Part shown: in pieces, positions 60,866 through 64,000 of the stretch
Layout of the letters: each line of letters starts with the position of its first letter
Numbering within the stretch: position 1 is the first letter of the stretch
Source: Felis catus
Taxonomy: Eukaryota
Reading direction: 5' to 3'
DNA length: 64,000 nt
NCBI RefSeq assembly: GCF_018350175.1
Contig: NC_058368.1
Span: 233,866,001-233,930,000 of the forward strand
Translations under genes and position numbers: made by a program
The notes under the pieces: generated by a model
The model's database searches: none
Told to the model about the DNA's origin: nothing
What the model saw: only the letters and a program-made list of their open reading frames with translations

Positions 60866-61403
60866 AAAAGGGTGAGAAACAGAAGAATGGGGGATCACTA
60901 GGGTCGGGATGGTACTTGCAGTTGTGGGTAGGGTTTAGTTGGCTCATAGGAAGCATATCAGGTTAATGGAAAAATAATTACCCTGTAGCTTTGGCCTGAT
61001 GCTTTGGCCCTGCCTCTGAAAATGCATCAAGCTGGTTTTCTGAATATACTTCAAAGAGTAAAGCTCTGATGCAGAAATCAGATTGAGAAGGACAAGAAGA
61101 AGAAAATGCACAGAAGCGTTCTGCTGATGCTCTCCACCATGCAACACAGTTGAGCGACTGGGTTTCTTAGGGACACATGGGCATTGATGACAAGCATGAG
61201 CAACACATCATATGGTTTATTTTCAGGAAACACAAAACGGACAATATATCAACAAAATAAAATGCTGTGTTAACCCACCTGTTAGATAACTTTATAAATG
61301 TATTTTGGAAAGATGTGTTTATTTCTCTATCGCTAATACGTAATGCAATCCATCTGTATCCACTAGGATTCCTTTTGACTGTGAGTGTTAAAACCCCAAA
61401 ATA

Positions 61404-61602
61404 GGGGGTGCCTGGGTGGCTCAGTCAGTTAAGCATCCCACTCTTGATTTTGGCTCAAGTCGTGATCTCACAGTTTGTAGGTTCGAGCCCCGCGTCAGGC
61501 TCTGTGCTGACAGCTCAGAGCCTGCTTGGGATGTTCTCTCTCCCTCTCTCTCTGCCCCTCCTCCTCTCTCTTTCCAAATAAATACATAAAACTTAAAAAC
61601 AG
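61404..61602 (+). mobile_element. Can-SINE
   Basis: Full head, body and tail. Confidence 0.95.
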
Positions 61603-61624
61603 AACAAAACAGCGGCTTATTCAA

Positions 61625-62019
61625 GATCGGCTTATTTACTTATGGTGTAAAAGAACTCAGAGGTAAGCATGCTGGGGCTGGTGTAGCCCCTTGGCTGTCA
61701 GGACCCCAGACTCCATGTGTGGACCTGCTCTTCTCTCTCCAACCTGCGGCTCTCCGCCACGGCCTCTGGCATGCCAGCCGTCTCACACCCATCCTGGTCA
61801 GCGGGAAGGAGGAAGCTGCACCTGCCTGGACTTGGACAGGACATTCCCCTTCTGCCCACTGCTCAGAACCTGGCCGCATGGCCATGCCTAGCTACCAGGG
61901 AAAGGGAGAAATGCAGTCTTCCTTCTAAATAGCCATGCACCCAGATAACAATGAAGGGCTTTATTATCAGGGAGGAATGGGGAGAATTAGTACGAGTGGC
62001 AATGATAAATCTCTATCAC
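61625..62019 (-). mobile_element. Old MLT1 (J/K-like) MaLR LTR
   Basis: catggccatgcctagctaccagggaaagggagaaatgcagtctt...aatctctatcaca. Confidence 0.7.
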
Positions 62020-62046
62020 ACATGCCCCGTACATTTAGGGTGGTCA

Positions 62047-62255
62047 GGGGCGCCTGGGTGGCTCAGTCGGTTAAGTGACTGACTTCGGCTCAGGTCATGA
62101 TCTCGCAGCTCATGAGTACGAGTCCTGCGTCGGGCTCTGTGCTGACAGCTCAGAGCCTGGAGCTTGCTTTGGATTCTGTGTCTCCCTCGCTCTCTGCCCC
62201 TCCCCCACTCGTGCTCTATCTCTCTCACAAAAGTAAACATTACAAATAAATAAAA
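62047..62255 (+). mobile_element. Can-SINE
   Basis: Full head, body and tail. Confidence 0.96.
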
Positions 62256-62279
62256 TTAGGATCATCAGATCTGAGCAAG

Positions 62280-62548
62280 TATATATATTTATATATATAT
62301 TATACATTACGTATTTATTATTTTACTACAATTAATAATCATTGACATAATTATTACTATAATTAATACAATTTATTATTATAATAAACACATAATTATT
62401 TTATTATGATTATTATATTATTATAATGTATAGATATACATTAATAAAAATGTCGTGAGTACATTAATATTATTGTTGAGATGCGAATTCCTTAGGCAAG
62501 ATTTTGTATATGTATATGCGTGTATATATATATATATATACACATATA
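62280..62548. repeat. AT-rich low-complexity tract
   Basis: (TA)n and (ATT)n-like sequence. Confidence 0.85.
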
Positions 62549-62797
62549 TTTACTCCAACCAAATCCTGCAGACTCAGCCCCTGTCTTATACCAGGTGCTT
62601 TTATATTCAATAAGGAAACAGAAGTGAACAGAATGGAAAAAAGAAATCCCTGAACTCATAGAACTTAAACTCTAAGGAGGGATTGCTGTTTTTATCCCCA
62701 GGATCAGGCCAACATGTAACTGGAACTGGGACCAAGTGTGAACAAGCCATGTCCTTTTGTGATTGAACTAAGGTGGAAGCCCTGTGCCCTGGCTTAC

Positions 62798-63140
62798 CAA
62801 CCCCAGGCCCGATCGGAATATCTTGCCCTCTGACACATGCAGCTTCACGAGCAGAAGAATCACGTTGTTCAGAAAATGTATAAAGATGATTGTCTCTAAT
62901 CTCAGCGTTGAATTCCTCCAAATTCTGTATCTGTTAAACCTTCAGCAACGAAGACAAAGTTAAGAATCTCCCTTGTCCCCTAGAGATCGCGTGTACCACT
63001 GGTTGGCTTCTTGGTCTGGTGTGTGCCATGAAACTAGACAGAGGGAGGATGGCACCTCGGGGCTTCCGTGTACTTGGGTCATCATTCAGTGCTGGGTATC
63101 AGCTCCTGATGCGTAGGTCATGATGTAATCCTGCTTCAGT
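62798..63140 (-). other. Candidate exon (terminal or non-coding) of a transcript starting beyond the window
   Basis: Strong acceptor ctcccttttctttccag| at 63141/63140. All three frames stop within 60 nt. Possible donor TTG|gtaagc at 62798/62797. Confidence 0.35.
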
Positions 63141-63239
63141 CTGGAAAGAAAAGGGAGCGGTCCAGCTTCAGATACAAGATCGAAAGCCCATCTGTTTCTC
63201 TTGTGTTTACTCCTAATAATAAGTCCATGAACTATCCAT

Positions 63240-63455
63240 TCTTCAGTCTAAGAACTCAGGATGGGCAATGTGGTAGAACAGAAACTTGTTTCACCACGTT
63301 AGCTCTATGTGAGTCAACTATGTACATTGAACCACAATTCTGTCATCTGTACGAAAACAAGAACAATAATATTACCTATCTCCAAATGCTAGTTTTAAAA
63401 TGCTGTTTTAAAAGTGAGTAAGATCCCATATATACACATACTTTCTAATCTGTAA
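63240..63455 (+). mobile_element. MIR SINE
   Basis: ttagctctatgtgag...gaaccacaattctgtcatctgtacgaaaa...aatattacctatctc. Confidence 0.6.
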
Positions 63456-64000
63456 AACATTAATAAAAACATCATGAGTACATTAATATTATTGTTGAAA
63501 TGTGAATTCCTTGGGCAAGATTATTGGGCAGACTAAGATATTTTATAATTAGAAGGTATTTTGATTTAATGTTATCTTTCAGAAAAGAAATCTTTCAAAT
63601 AATTTTATTTCTAGTTGGTGTTTAGATAAGCTCGGTTGACCTTTTCCCAAATCTTGACAATTAGCTGGTGAAATGAGATATGCCTGGGGAGGAGAATACA
63701 TGGTGTACTTTACTGCCTTGATGAGACAAACAGGAAACCCGATACCAAATAGAAAGCGTGGAGGCAATTACACTTTGCAGAAGGTGTCAGCCCGATATTC
63801 GACCAGGCAGACATAACAATCTCGGGAACAAGTGGTATTTTGATATGCCACGAATCCTTTTATTTTTACCAGCAAAAGAGCTGAATTTGTTTTCACTGAG
63901 CACATTTCCTATTTCTCTAGAACAGTTGATTTTTTAATTGGGTTTTCCAAAATCATCAGGTTTGGGCTAGGCTTTGTCACGTTCGGCGTGTTCTGAGAGC

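Noticed and set aside
1..64000. A previously undescribed multi-gene biological system
   Set aside because: I found no identifiable coding genes, intact viral genes or RNA gene clusters. The window is explained by felid repeats plus unique non-coding DNA.

Overview
Mammalian nuclear DNA, almost certainly from a cat-family (Felidae) genome, judged by the abundant felid-type tRNA-derived Can-SINEs (SINEC_Fc-like) and carnivore/felid L1 3' ends. The window is repeat-rich intergenic or intronic sequence. It holds about 25 Can-SINEs (many with visible target-site duplications), several layers of L1 fragments, MaLR/ERV LTRs, hAT MER elements, MIR/L2 relics, microsatellites and a 22-bp GC-box minisatellite. 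I recognise no protein-coding gene. The supplied ORFs are short and derive from repeats or chance; a few are L1 ORF1/ORF2 remnants. Several promoter-like motif clusters are followed by strong splice donors, and there are isolated exon-like segments on both strands, which may belong to spliced non-coding transcripts or to the end of a gene lying beyond the window. I see no evidence for a novel multi-gene system. The most notable items are structural: a VNTR-built candidate promoter, a SINE with its tail duplicated at the 5' end, a (TG)n/(CA)n palindrome, close inverted SINE pairs and a dispersed 66-bp duplication. Repeat family names come from recalled consensus sequences, not from a search, and boundaries of old elements are approximate.
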